Assembly: GCF_020745735.1 (NCBI RefSeq)
Contig: NC_083409.1
Span: forward strand, 6,995,534-7,059,533
Length of the DNA stretch: 64,000 nucleotides
DNA from: Hemiscyllium ocellatum
Lineage: Eukaryota
Direction: 5' to 3'
The notes under the pieces are model-generated. The model saw nothing but the letters and a program-made list of their open reading frames with translations. It made no database searches and was not told the DNA's origin. This document shows positions 14,095-26,461 of this stretch, piece after piece. The translations under genes were made by a program, and so were the position numbers. The stretch's first letter is position 1. Every line of letters begins with the position of its first letter.

Positions 14095-14460
14095 AGCGCC
14101 GATACAGTCATCGATGTAGCGGAGGAAAAGGTGGGGGTTGGTGCCAGTGTAGTTGCGGAAGATGGTCTGTTCCACATATCCTACGAAGAGGCAGGCATAG
14201 CTGGGGCCCATGCGGGTGCCCATGGCAACTCCTTTAGTTTGGAGGAAGTGGGAGGATTCCCCGGTCCCCAACGCCTTATTTTCACTATGGACATCCAGTC
14301 CCTGTACACCTCCATCCCCCTTCACGAAGGACTCAAAGCCCTCCGCTTCTTCCTTTCCCACCGCACCAACCAGTACCCTTCCACTGACACCCTCCTTCGA
14401 CTGACTGAACTGGTCCTCACCCTGAATAACTTCTCTTTTCAATCCTCCCACTTCCTCCAA
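14095..14460. mobile_element. Penelope-like RT fragment with internal inversion
   Basis: + strand FPGPQRLIFTMDIQSLYT...NNFSFQSSHFLQ; - strand SSHFLQTKGVAMGTRMGPSYACLFVG...RYIDDCIG. Confidence 0.9.
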
Positions 14461-15089
14461 TGCCTGCCTCTTGGTGAAGAAGGCATATGGGATGCTTGCC
14501 ATCATTAGCCAGGGTGTAGAATATAGGAAGTAGAAATTCTTGTTGTTACCTGACAGAGCATTGGTTAGGTCATGTCTGGAATACTGTGCACATTTCTGGT
14601 CGTGACACTGTTGGAAGAATGTGATTGGACTGGAAAGGATGAGAGGAGATTAACCAGAATGTTCCCTGGGATGGAAATTATTCGTTATGAGGAGAGACTG
14701 GATAGACTGGGTTTATTTTCTCCTGGGGGAATCTGGTTGAGGTATACAAAAATATGAAAGGCACAGGCAAAGTCAATTGTGAGAATCTTGTCCCCATGTC
14801 AGACATGTCTATGATCAGAGGGAATAAGCTTACCGTGTGGAAAAGTGGTGTGGAGGGGATTTGAGGACATTTTCTCCCCAGTGGCTGGTAGAAATATGGA
14901 ATGTGCTGTTTGAGAAGGTGGTGAAGGCAGGTCCTCTCACAACATTTAAGAAAAATCCAGATGAGCATATAAAATGCCAGGGCATGGAATGCTATGGTGC
15001 AGGTAAATGGACTTTGGCGATTACTAACTGGCATCGACACGTCGACAAACAGAAGGGCCTATTTATTTGCTATATGACTCTATGACAGT

Positions 15090-16796
15090 GAAGAGAAGGA
15101 TGTGGAAGCATTTTTAATGTCGTCAGTGAAGATAAAATCACAAGTGAGATGGAGAAAACAGATTGGTCCTTGCCCATGCAAAAATGAACTAGGGAAGCAC
15201 AAGAGGTTTCTACGTCCCTGTCAGAGGAATGTTCTCGGGATCACGAGGAGGTGAAAATGGCTATTCTAAGCACATACGCGTTGGCTCCAGAAACATTCAG
15301 ACAGATGTTTCAGAACTTACAAACAGCCTGGACAAACCTCTACTGAGTTTAAGAGAATTCAACAAAATAATGTTGACAGGTGGATAAGAGCATTAACAGC
15401 TGAGAATACTTACAATGCTCTCAGAGAAGTTACCCATTGAGAAGAATTTAAAACTTCCTTCCCTTCTAAAATCAAAATTCATGTAGGAGACCAAAGGGGA
15501 ACGACAGTAAGGCAAGCAGCTACAATGGCTAATGCTTATAGACTTTGTTAAAACCAAAACACTGCAGATGCTGGAATCCAAAGTAGACAAACAGGAGGCT
15601 GGAGGAGCACAACAAGCCAAGCAGCATCAGGAGGTGGAGAAGTCACCTGATGGGAGACCGATCCAGAAATCTTTTTCCCATCAGGTCCAGAAATGGGAGA
15701 AAAATAAAAATTGGGAGAATCTAAGGACGGTAGATAGCCAGGGGAAAGAATGGACAGTACGGAACAGCCCGAACTCATCCTCAGATTAAGAAGGAAATTG
15801 CTGAGGGTGGAAGTGATGATCAGAAGCTGAAATGTTTCTCTTGGAATACGGTGGGCCAAGTGTGTTTGGAATGTTGGAAGTTGTAGTAAACCCAGGCGAT
15901 TTATGGGAGTTAGTAAAAATGAGTCAGAGAAGGGAACACAGACAGATAATCCCACGGAGCAGGTTCCAGCGGTAACTATAACATAAAGACCGGAGGTGAA
16001 TTCTGTCATTAGTAAAGGAGGTTGTCAGGTAGGTGAGAGGTGGACAGGGCTTTTATCAAAAGGAATAGTGACTCCTTTTTTCTTCAGCTAAACCCAGAAC
16101 CAAACTGAGAGATACAGGAGTAACACAGTCACTTTTACTGGAGGAAGAATTGATTTTCCCTCCAGAGAGCTTGATGGGAGCTAAGGTATTAATCAATGGG
16201 ATTGATGGAGAATGTATTCCACTTCCATTGTATACAGTACAAATGGAATGTGATTGGTTATCAGGAGAAGTAATTGTCGGAATGGGAAAACATTCCCTGT
16301 TGAGGGAGTCGATTTCCTTCTGGGGAATGTTTTGTCAGGACTAAAGGCAGTAGGTTCCCCAATGATTGCAGAATGTCCAAAAGACGGCCAAGAAACAGAA
16401 CAATGACAGGAGCAGGTTCCTGGTCTCTCTCCTTCGTGTGAGGTAACCAGGGCAATGGTTAAACAAAATCCATCAATAAGGGTTGATGTGACACCACAGC
16501 AAGTGAAAGGATCTCTGAAACTTTCCGAAAGGGTGAAGCTAATCCGGGTGGAGTGGTTGGTACGATGTCACTAATTACAGCAGATCCAAAAAGCAGATCC
16601 TGAATGAAATAAATGAGCACAGTCAGCTCATGCTGAGGTCGAGGCTGAAGGAGTTTCAGAGTGTTATTGTGTTCAGAATGGAGCGCTGATGAGGAAGTAG
16701 AGACCCCCTCATAGACCCCCAGATGAAGAATGATCGGTTAGACATTGCCTAATTGTCCCACCCAGCTATCATAGAGAGATAGTACAAGGGGCACAT
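15090..16796 (+). mobile_element. Decayed Gmr1-like Gypsy fragment, copy B
   Basis: Colinear duplicate of 2870-4557. Confidence 0.8.
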
Positions 16797-19000
16797 TTCC
16801 CCATTGTCACTGACAATATCCCTCACGTTCAGTCTTTAATGGCCAACATTGCTCTTGACCTCCCAGCTTCCCTTTTATGGAAGTGTAGCATTTCTCCTTA
16901 TTGGTTTTGTTATCCCTTACTTGTTTCCTTTCAGAATCCCTTTTGGTAGCTCTTAGAAGCTGATATGTGGCCCTTTTGTATCCTTGCCATTCAGAGGAAT
17001 CTGTCCTTTTTTTTGCTTTTCTGTCAGCCTTTTTTTAACATTTTATTCTTTCTCTGATCTCTTTAATTGACCATTGTTGTTGGTTCGCTTTTCCCTCTCA
17101 GTTATAAACTGGCTTTGTTTTGTGTTGAATGTTCCTCTAAATATTCCTCACTGTTCTTCAGTTGTTTTGCCTGTGAGCAGAGTTTCCCAGTTTACTGTGG
17201 ACAGTCTCTGTCGCATCACGTTAAAGTCGGCCCTGACCTTAATCTCAAATTCTAGCAGCTGATTCATGCTTTTTACTTTCAAATGCGACACTGAACTAGA
17301 TCATGTTATGATCACTATTTGAGAAATGTTCATGCACAAATACTTACAAACTAAATCTGGCTAATTATTCATTACTAATTGCAATATTGCTTGTTCTCTT
17401 GTTGTACTCCAGAAATTCGCTACCTTTCTGACAGAGGGCTTGTCTGTCTCCCAGTCTACGTTAAAGTAAAACTTCCCCATTAATAATACACTGGCTTTGC
17501 TACACACTTGTCTAATTCCTCCATTTATATAATCCAGCATCTCAGAGCTGCTGTCAGGGGGGTCTGTATCCAACATCTATTACAGTTTTAGATCCTTTCC
17601 TGCTCCTCAGTTCCACTGAATGTTTTCTCCTCATTATTACCTCCCTCACCATTGAAGCCATTTTTTCCCTCATCAATAAAGCTTCTCCAGCTCTTCTGCC
17701 ATTTCCCATATCCATCCTGTGAACCTTCTAACCCGATGTATATCGTTCCCAATCTGAATGATTCTGCAACTATGTCTCAGTAATTGATCCGATACCACAA
17801 TCTCAAATTTGAATATATGCCTGCAGATTATTGAATTTATTCCTTACGCTCCGTGTATTTGTATGTAGAACTCTTATTTAACCCATTCACTAGAATCTGT
17901 TCCTCAGCACTGATGCTGTATTCACCTCTTTCTTATTTCTCTCTATCTGTTTAATCAATATACTTCTGATAGCTTTCCTGATATTGTCCAAATAGGACCT
18001 TTTGCCGATTTTTGCTGATTTTGTTGATCCCAACACATACAACAACAACTGGATCCTCAACCCCCTCAAACCCCAAGTCTGTTATACTTAAAAGCCGCTC
18101 GAGATGCCCTTACCTTGAAACCAGGCAGGCAACACAACATGTGGGACTCTCAATCCTGCTCACAAAGGATGCTATCGGTTCCCCATATTATCAAGACCCC
18201 TCTTTTCTTTGTGCTCCCCCAGTCTGAATGGCCTCCTGGAACATGTTGCAGTGGTTTCCTTCATTCATTCATAGGAAATGGACATCTCTGGCCAAGCCAG
18301 CAATGACTGCCTGCATGAGTCTGCGAATCATAGAATCCATACCGTGTGAAACAGGCCATTCAGACCAATGAGTCCACACCTACATTCTGAAGAGCATCCC
18401 ACCCAGACTTGTCTCCCTACCTTATCCCTGTAAATCTGCATCTCCCATGGCTAATGCACCTAACCTACACATCCCGACATTTTCCTCAGTTTAGACATTA
18501 TAATTTCTGCTCGATCTTTATGTTTTTAAATAATGACTTTGAAACTTACAGAGTTATGGTCACGATCACCAAAATCCTCAAATTACATTTGCCCATTCTC
18601 CCGACAATGCTTTTCCTCATTGACACAGGGAGCAAGGACCTCATTCCTGTTGGACAAGGAGCTGAGGCACCTGTAAGGCTAAATCCAGGCTGCATCGACC
18701 TGTTCACTTTTGGTCACACCCTCCTGTCCCTGACCACTGGCCATAATTTGAAGTATTTAAACTACAAGGTGTGACTGTCTCCCCAAACACAGTGTTCAGG
18801 TAAGTCTCCCCCTCCCTGATGTGCCGCAGTGTTTGAAGCTCAGATTCCAGCTCATCAACTCTGAGCTGGAGTGTCTTGAGCAACCAACACTTGCTGTAGA
18901 TGTGGTCACTCTGAGCTACAATGGGCTCCACCAGCTTCCCCATTGTGCAATTACTACACATCGCCCGGCCCTGTATGTGGAAATTATTTGAGGCGTTTTT
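16797..19000 (-). mobile_element. CR1 LINE 5' portion, copy B
   Basis: ORF track 18704-18961 is CR1 ORF1-like; colinear with A 6937-10050. Confidence 0.75.
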
Positions 19001-20234
19001 AATTTATATTTTAAAATTTGCTGCTGGTCTTTAGATTTTAATCTGTAAAATATTTCCATCAAGGAGACAGAGAAGGTGCCAGCACAGGAGGAGGCTGTTC
19101 AGCCCCTCGTGTCAGTGCTAGCTGTTTACAAACCTCAATAACAATGAACATCTCCATTGAATGTCTGTTGTCAGCAATTGATTCGGTCTGTTTTTAGAGA
19201 CAGAATAGCGGGCAAATATGAACTGGTTCAAGAGAATCAGCATGGATTGACAAAGGTTCAGACATCTTTAACTAACCGGGTTACACTTTGTTAGGAGCTC
19301 ACGAGTGTGGGATATAAGGGAATGTCGATGGCAATTGTTTACAGGGAATTCCAAAAGACATTAAAGAATGTTTCACTAAAGAAACATTGATTCAGATCTT
19401 ACACTCCACAACCATCTGATGAAGGAGCAGCGCTCCAAAAGCTAATGCTTCCACACAAACCTGTTACATTAGAACATGGTGTTCTGTGATTTTTAATATT
19501 TACACGACAGTCCAACACCGGCATCTACAAATTATGGAATTGGATGGAATTTGAGAAATGCATTTACCTTGGGTCTGGAATGGGTCTGTTTAGGAGATAG
19601 AGAGGAAGGATAACGTGCGTGTGTTCCAATGAGCCAGATGTGAGGAGTGGCATTCCCAGGGATCTGTGCTGGGACCTCAGCTTTTCACGATATTTCTCAA
19701 TGACTTGGATGAAGAAACAGAGTGCCATATATCCAAGACTATTGATCACACTGAGTGAGGCAGCTTGGAGGAGGTCACAGAGACAGGGAGGGTGGAAGAA
19801 CAGGGAACAGATTGAGAACAAGGATGAGAATTTGAAAATCGAAGTGTTGCTGGACCAGGAGCTTATGTCAGTCAGTGAGGTTTGTCGTGGTTATGGTGGG
19901 GTGGGGAGACGTGGGCTGGGGTATGGCGTGGACTTGGTGTGAGTTTGAACACAGACAGCCGAGTTTGGGATGAGCTGATGTTTACAGAAGTCAGTTGCTG
20001 TGATGTGGGCCTGGATAACATTGGAATGGTCACAAAAACATGGTTGAGATTTTCAGTGGCTCATAATTGTGATGTGGAGGATTTGGGCCTCACATCAGAA
20101 CCAAAGATGAGGCCAAAGTTCTAAAGAGTCTGGTTGAGCAGCGGACAGTGCTCAGGGAGAGGGATGGAGTTTGTACCAGGAGCTGAAGAGGATGACTTTG
20201 ATCGTCCCAATGTGTTTCACATTGAGTCTGGCTC

Positions 20235-20452
20235 CTCAGTCCTGACTGTTCTTAGCTGCTGTGATTGTCACTGATTGGACACTTATTATTAGAGATTCTG
20301 ACCACAGCAGAAAGCCCCAGTGTAAAAAATAAGTGCAAAGACTGTCAGATCGCAAGGTAGAAACTTCACCAAGAGAGGAAGTGAAAGAAGGAGGTCGGAG
20401 CAGCTGGGTGTTTGTTACTGAGACGGAAGAAAACTGTGAACTGTCTGCACTC
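20235..20452. promoter_or_regulatory. Non-repeat island with EICE/PU.1, RUNX and E-box motifs (copy B)
   Basis: GGAAGTGAAA 20377-20386, ACCACA 20301-20306, CAGCTG 20401-20406; about 5.5 kb upstream of the V. Confidence 0.4.
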
Positions 20453-22583
20453 CCTCGCATCCGACAGCACAGGAGGAGGCCATTCAGCCCATCATGTCTT
20501 TGAATGACCCAGTTAGTCCAACTGCTCCCCTCTCTCTCCCCTTAACCCAACAAATATTCCCTTTACAGCTCAATCTCCAATTCCCTCTGATAGACCTCAT
20601 GTCCACAGATTGAGACTGCCCTGAACCGTGGCTTCAAATTGGCATCTCATTCATTCATTGGGAGAAAAACTGCCTGGGCTGGGAAATGGAGTTCAGGATC
20701 CTGAACATTCCCTCTCCCCTCCTGAGGAACACTTCATTTGGTTTTGCATATTCACTTGTGGGAAGTGGGCTTCACCAGCTGGGCCAACATTTTTTACCCT
20801 GTCCCTAGTTGCCCTGGAGTAGGTGGTGGGAAGCTGCCATCTTGAATTGTTATCATCCACAAGCTGTAAGTTGACCCACAATGCCAGCATTTTAACCCAG
20901 CAAGGCTGAGGGATCAGCGACATATTTCCAAGTCCGGATGCTAAGCTTCTTTCAAGGGGAACTTGCAGCTCACAGTGTTTTCATGTATCTGCTGCTCTTG
21001 TTCTAAATGGAAGTGAACGTTGGTTTGGAAGGAAACCAAAAGAACTGCAGATGCTGTTAATCTGAGACAAAAATAGAAAGTGCTGGAAAAGCTCAGCAGG
21101 TCTGGCAGCATCTGTGAAGAAAAATCAGAATTAATATTTCATGCTCAACCCGAAATGTTAATTCTGATTTCTCTCCAAGATGCTGCCAGACCTGCTGAGC
21201 TTTTCCTGCAATTTCTATTTTTGTTCATGGGTTTGGAAGGTGCTATCTGACGATCAGTGATGAATTTCTGCAGTGCATCTTATCGATAATACAGCCTGCT
21301 GCTATGGAGCTTCAGTGACGGTGAGTTGGATGCTTTGAGAATGCGATGCCAATCAACGAGTTTGCTTTGCTCTGGATGGTATCATGCTTTTTGAGTGGAT
21401 AAGAAAGACATAGGATACAATAGACATAGATAGGAAAGATTTCAAGGGATATGTGTGAAATGCAGGCATATAAGATGAGTTCACTTCAGAAAACCTGGTC
21501 AGCATGTAGAAGTTTGGCTTAAGGGTTTGTTTCTGTGCTGTATGACTCTGTGACACTATCAATCTATGAATGTTGTTGGAGCTGTACGTGTCCAGGCAAG
21601 TGGGGAGCATTTGCTCACACTCCTGACTTGGTTAACTGACTCTGGGGGATCAGGAGGTGAGTTACTCGATACAGTATTCCTAGCCTTTAACTTGCTCTTG
21701 TAACCACTATGTTTCTTTGGTGAATCCAGTTGTCTTTCTGGTGAATGACACCTCAAGAATGTTGATAGTGGGGATTCAGTGATGGTAATAGCATTTATTG
21801 ACAAGGGGCGATGTTTAGATTGTCTCTTATTGGTGATGGTGATTGGCTGGCATTTTCATGGCACCAATGGGAAATGTCACTTCTCAGGCAAAACCTGGAT
21901 GTTGTCCAAATATTGTTGCATTTGCACGTGGACTGCTTCAGTATCTGAGGAGTTGAGAACAGTCCAGAGCATTGTGCAATCTTTGGCAATCATCCCCATT
22001 TACGAGTTTGCCTTGAGTTGCAATATCTGTTCGGAGTCTGTCCTATTTAGTACGGTGATAGTACCACACAACACAATGGAGGGAATTCTCAATGTGAAGG
22101 TCAGACTTTGTTTCCACAAGGACTGTGTGATGGTCACTCTTACCAATACTGTCAAGGATCGAGGCATCTACAGACACAAGATTGGTGAGGATGGGGTCAA
22201 GCATCTTTTTCCATCTTTTTGGTTCCAACCGCAGAGTCAGTCCCTCAGCTACATCCACGAGGAACCAACCAGCTCGATCAGTAATGCTGCTGCCGAGCCA
22301 CTCTCAGTGGTGGACATTGAAACCCCCCACCCAGAGTACAATCTCTGCTGTCATCACCCTCAGTGCTTCATCAGGAGAGACTGATTCATCAGCCGAGGGA
22401 GCAAGATATCTTGCAATCACCAGGAGTTTTCCTCGCCCATGTTTAACCTGGTGCCATGAGGTCCAAAGCCAACTTTGAAACTGTCTTTCTGGTGTGACAG
22501 GACACATGCAGGGACAGTGATGGTGGTGTCTGGGGCATTGTCTGTAAGGCATTGTCTGTGTCAGGCTGTTGCTTGAGTCATCT

Positions 22584-22900
22584 TTTTTAGATTAGACTTA
22601 CAGTGTGGAAACAGGCCCTTCGGCCCATCAAGTCCACACCGACCCGCCGAAGTGCAACCCACCCATACCCTTACATTTACCCCTACCTAACACTACGGGC
22701 AATTTAGCATGGCCAATTCACCTGACCCGCAAATCTTTGGGCTGTGGGAGGAAACCGGAGCACTCGGGGGAAACCCACGCAGACACGGGGAGAACGTGCA
22801 AACTCCACACAGTCAGTCGCCTGAGTCGGGAATTGAACCGGCTCTCAGGCGCTGTGAGGCAGCAGTGCTAACCACTGTGCCACCGTGCCGCCCACATGCC
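22584..22900 (-). mobile_element. Young HE1-like SINE with 7-bp TSD, copy B only
   Basis: Near-consensus body; GTCATCT at 22577-22583 and 22901-22907; empty site in A at about 13510. Confidence 0.9.
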
Positions 22901-23464
22901 GTCATCTGTGAGACATCTCTCCTGAATTTGGCACTAATCCCAAATGTCAGTAAGGAGGATGGAGCAGGGTAGACAGGACTGTTTCTGTCATTGTGTTTTC
23001 AGTGTCGAGATCGATGCCTGTGGTCCATCCCATCTCATTTCTTTGTTGAAACATTGTCATAATTGATACAACTGAGAGCCTTGCTCGGACATTTCAGAGG
23101 GCACTAGAGAGTCAACCACATTGCTCGAAGACAGTGCCGTGTACCCCGGCAGGAGATTCCGACCTCCCCCACTTCTCCATTCTGTATATGGAAGGACGAA
23201 GCCTGCCAGCAGGATATTCAACCGCAGGAGCTATCACAGCCCGTACGGAATTCTGCCCCCACATTAAATCCACACGAATCTTGAATTCACATAGCAACTT
23301 CAATGTCCAAACATTCTCACTCCTTGGTGTGAGACAGGGAAGGGACCACTCCATTTCAGAAAAGACTGACCATGGAAGGGGAAGGAGACGGGAAGGGATT
23401 GGAACATGCTGTGAATGGACAGGATGGGTCAGTGGTCAGAGCCTGTCCTGTCCCTCCAACTCAC

Positions 23465-23604
23465 CTGAGGATCTGAGGATCTCCTCTCTCTGCTACGCCT
23501 TCACGGAATGAGGTTTGTGTCCAAATCAGTCCCCAGTGAGAATAGGCCAACAGCACAGAACAGCACAGAACTGCTCTTCATTTGACCAGAATCTGTCTAT
23601 CTTC
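23465..23604 (-). pseudogene. Antisense internal exon-like segment upstream of V
   Basis: Acceptor GGTCTCTCTCAG|G and donor CAG|GTGAGT. The frame is broken by a 10-bp tandem duplication (AGCACAGAAC x2) and one TGA. Confidence 0.45.
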
Positions 23605-23719
23605 CTGAGAGAGACCAAACCCTGGTCAACGTGGAAATAGGACCTTCCTCCAGGAGAAGACAGGGGTCAAGGGTTAACATCCATTAGTGGGGCAGAGCAG
23701 AGGGAGATTTATCCTGCAT

Positions 23720-24373
23720 TCAACTGTCACCACCCAGGACACTGTCGGAAAGAGAGAGCAGTGAGACAGAGANNNNNNNNNNNNNNNNNNNNNNNNNNNN
23801 NNNNNNNNNNNNNNNNNNNNNNNNNNNNNNNNNNNNNNNNNNNNNNNNNNNNNNNNNNNNNNNNNNNNNNNNNNNNNNNNNNNNNNNNNNNNNNNNNNNN
23901 NNNNNNNNNNNNNNNNNNNNNNNNNNNNNNNNNNNNNNNNNGTGTAAGATATGTGAGGGGACCAAGAGAGAGGTAGAAATGGTGAGGTTGAGGGATAGAG
24001 AGAGAATCAAGATGTGAGACAGTGTGACTGAGAGGGTTGGAGAGAGACAAAGAGACAAGGAGAGAGAGAGAAAGAGACAGGATGTGTGTGAGACTAAGCA
24101 TGAAGAGAGTTGAGAGGGAGGGTAGGGTTGAGTGTGAGAGAGAGAGATGAGTACAGGTAGATTTATAATGACACAGAGAGAGGGAGAGAGACTGTAAATT
24201 GGGAAGTAGAGAGGGAACGAGAGAGAAAGAGGCAGAAATAGAGAGTGACAGATAACAATTGAGGGTTTTAATTGAAGTGAGAGAGGGAGCGAGTAACAGA
24301 GACAGTGAGAGATGGAGAAACAGATGATAAGATGGAGTGAGAAAGCATCAGTGAGTTGGAGAGTGGCTATGAG

Positions 24374-24442
<69 letters not shown>

Positions 24443-24520
24443 AAATGAAAGAGATTAACAGTGGGAGAGAGAGATAGAGATAGTGAGAAAGAAATGGCAG
24501 ATGTGAGTCAGAGAGAGAGA
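23720..24520. repeat. Purine-rich (GA) low-complexity tract including (GT)13(GA)17 at 24379-24438
   Basis: Direct reading. Confidence 0.9.
23773..23941. other. Assembly gap (169 N)
   Basis: N run inside a GA-rich low-complexity tract. Confidence 1.
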
Positions 24521-25526
24521 GATGGACAGGTCCTGGTCACCACACTCTGTGAAGAATGTGATTGTACATGAGAGGGTACAGGGGGATTTCCCAGGATGCT
24601 GCCTGACTGTGAGGTTTGAGCAGTGAAGGCTTAAAAGGGACCTGATAGAGAGGGATAAGATTATTCAGGACAGTGATAGTATGGGTAGGATAGCACTTTT
24701 TTCATGAGTAAAGGACTTAATAACCTGGTACAGAGATTGAAGGTAACACAGACATGGACACGAAGAAACTTGGAGCAGCAGTAGGCCATTCGGCCCTTTG
24801 AGTCTGCTCTGTCATTCAGTATGATCATGGCTGTATCAATTTTTGAATGCCATCATTTCTTCGAGGGTCGGTTTGGGCTTGTCAGGTCAAATGGCCTGTT
24901 TCCACACTGTAGGCATTCTATGATCTATGGCTGATCGTCTCTCTTAAAGCCATATTCCTGCCTTCTCCCCATTCTCTTCAAGCTGTTAAAATGCAAAACA
25001 ATAATCTCTCTCTTTTTCTTGAATATATTCAGTTCTTTGTCCTCCACAGTCTTCAGAGGTAGAGAATTCCACAGGTTGACCACCCTCTGAGTGAAGAAAT
25101 GTATCCTCAACTCAGCCCTAAATGGTCTACCCTTTTCCCCCTGAGCCTGTGTACCCTGGTTCCAGACTGGCCAACCAGGGGAAATATCCTCTCTGCCCAG
25201 CCCTGTTACAATTTTATATGTTTCAATCAGATCCCCTCTCATCGTTCTGAACACGAGGGAGTCCAAGGCCAGGCGAGTTGGAGAGTGTGAGGAGAGTTGA
25301 GAAAAAATGTTTTCACCAAGACGGTGGTGGGAGTCTGGAACTCACTGTCTGAAAGGCTGGTTGAGTCACAAACTCTCATGACAGTGGAGCAGTGTTTAGA
25401 TATTCCCTTGTGTTGCTGAAGCCCCCAGGGTAACGGTCCAAGAGCAGGAGGATGGGATTAGTGTCATCAGATCTTTGTTTACCACCACAGACACAATGGG
25501 CCAAATGGCTTCATTCAGTACTGTTG

Positions 25527-25758
25527 NNNNNNNNNNNNNNNNNNNNNNNNNNNNNNNNNNNNNNNNNNNNNNNNNNNNNNNNNNNNNNNNNNNNNNNNNN
25601 NNNNNNNNNNNNNNNNNNNNNNNNNNNNNNNNNNNNNNNNNNNNNNNNNNNNNNNNNNNNNNNNNNNNNNNNNNNNNNNNNNNNNNNNNNNNNNNNNNNN
25701 NNNNNNNNNNNNNNNNNNNNNNNNNNNNNNNNNNNNNNNNNNNNNNNNNNNNNNNNNN
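25527..25758. other. Assembly gap (232 N) immediately upstream of the V promoter
   Basis: N run ending 24 bp before the octamer variant. Confidence 1.
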
Positions 25759-25782
25759 ACGTGAGTCTCTCTGCCTGATCCC

Positions 25783-25790
25783 ATTTACAT
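25783..25790 (+). promoter_or_regulatory. Variant octamer ATTTACAT in the V promoter
   Basis: One mismatch to the Ig light-chain octamer ATTTGCAT, about 107 bp upstream of the ATG and about 40 bp upstream of TATAAA. Confidence 0.65.
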
Positions 25791-25830
25791 ACTGAGGAAC
25801 ACCCAGTCAGACTCTCACAGGATGCAGCTT

Positions 25831-25836
25831 TATAAA
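25831..25836 (+). promoter_or_regulatory. TATA box of the V promoter
   Basis: TATAAA about 60 bp upstream of the leader ATG. Confidence 0.65.
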
Positions 25837-25896
25837 GCAGAGCCCAGTGAAGGGAGAGTTTATCAGGAACCAGGCACAGGGACAGGAGCACACACC

Positions 25897-25945
25897 ATGA
25901 TTTCACACGTCCAGCTGTTCTGGCCCCTGGCATTCTGTGTCGCAG
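25897..25945 (+). CDS. IGKV: Ig kappa (NS4/type III) light chain leader exon
   Basis: ATG at 25897, MISHVQLFWPLAFCVA+G, phase-1 donor GCAG|GTAC. Joins in frame to the acceptor at 26132 to give the signal peptide MISHVQLFWPLAFCVAGISG. Confidence 0.93.
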
Positions 25946-26131
25946 GTACAAATCTCTCTCCTTCCACCTTGAATCTTTATCTGCTCTCCATTTCACTCCA
26001 ATTCCACTGACTTGTGATTGAAGGGAAAATGCTGAAACCAGAGGAATGCTCAGTGTCTCCAACAATCTCTCATTTGACCGGCTCTTTCTGTGACAGTTCT
26101 GACTTCACTGTGTTTCTCTCTGACCCCTCAG

Positions 26132-26461
26132 GTATCAGTGGGGACATCACCATGACCCAGTCTCCCCCACTGCTGTCAGTGGGACTGGGCCAGACAGCAA
26201 CCATCACCTGTACGGCCAATCAAAGCATTCGCAGCAACCTTGCTTGGTACCAGCAGCGAGAAGGTCAGAAACCCTCTATCCTGATCAATTTTGCAACAAA
26301 TCGATTCAGAGGAGTCTCCGATCGATTCACCGGCAGTGGCTCAGGGACCAGTTTCACCCTGACAATCAGCAACGTTCAGAATGAGGATGTCGCTGACTAT
26401 TACTGTCAGCAGGGTAGCAGCTACCCCTTTACATTCGGTAAAGGAACCAAGCTCAGAATGA
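26132..26461 (+). CDS. IGKV: Joined (pre-rearranged) V-J exon of an Ig kappa light chain
   Basis: Acceptor CCCCTCAG|GT. Encodes [24 protein letters not shown]35..[25 protein letters not shown] with C23, W35, C88 and FGxG intact; donor A|GTAAGT at 26462. No RSS or intervening DNA between V and J. Confidence 0.97.

Larger units (their letters stand above)
14472..23312 (+). repeat. Tandem segmental duplication, copy B
   Basis: Starts TGGTGAAGAAGGCAT like A at 2302 and ends ...CACATAGCAACTTCAATGT like A at about 13920; lacks A 4558-6936. Confidence 0.9.

Noticed and set aside
23720-26065. ORFs running through N gaps
   Set aside because: Artefacts of translating Ns and low-complexity sequence.
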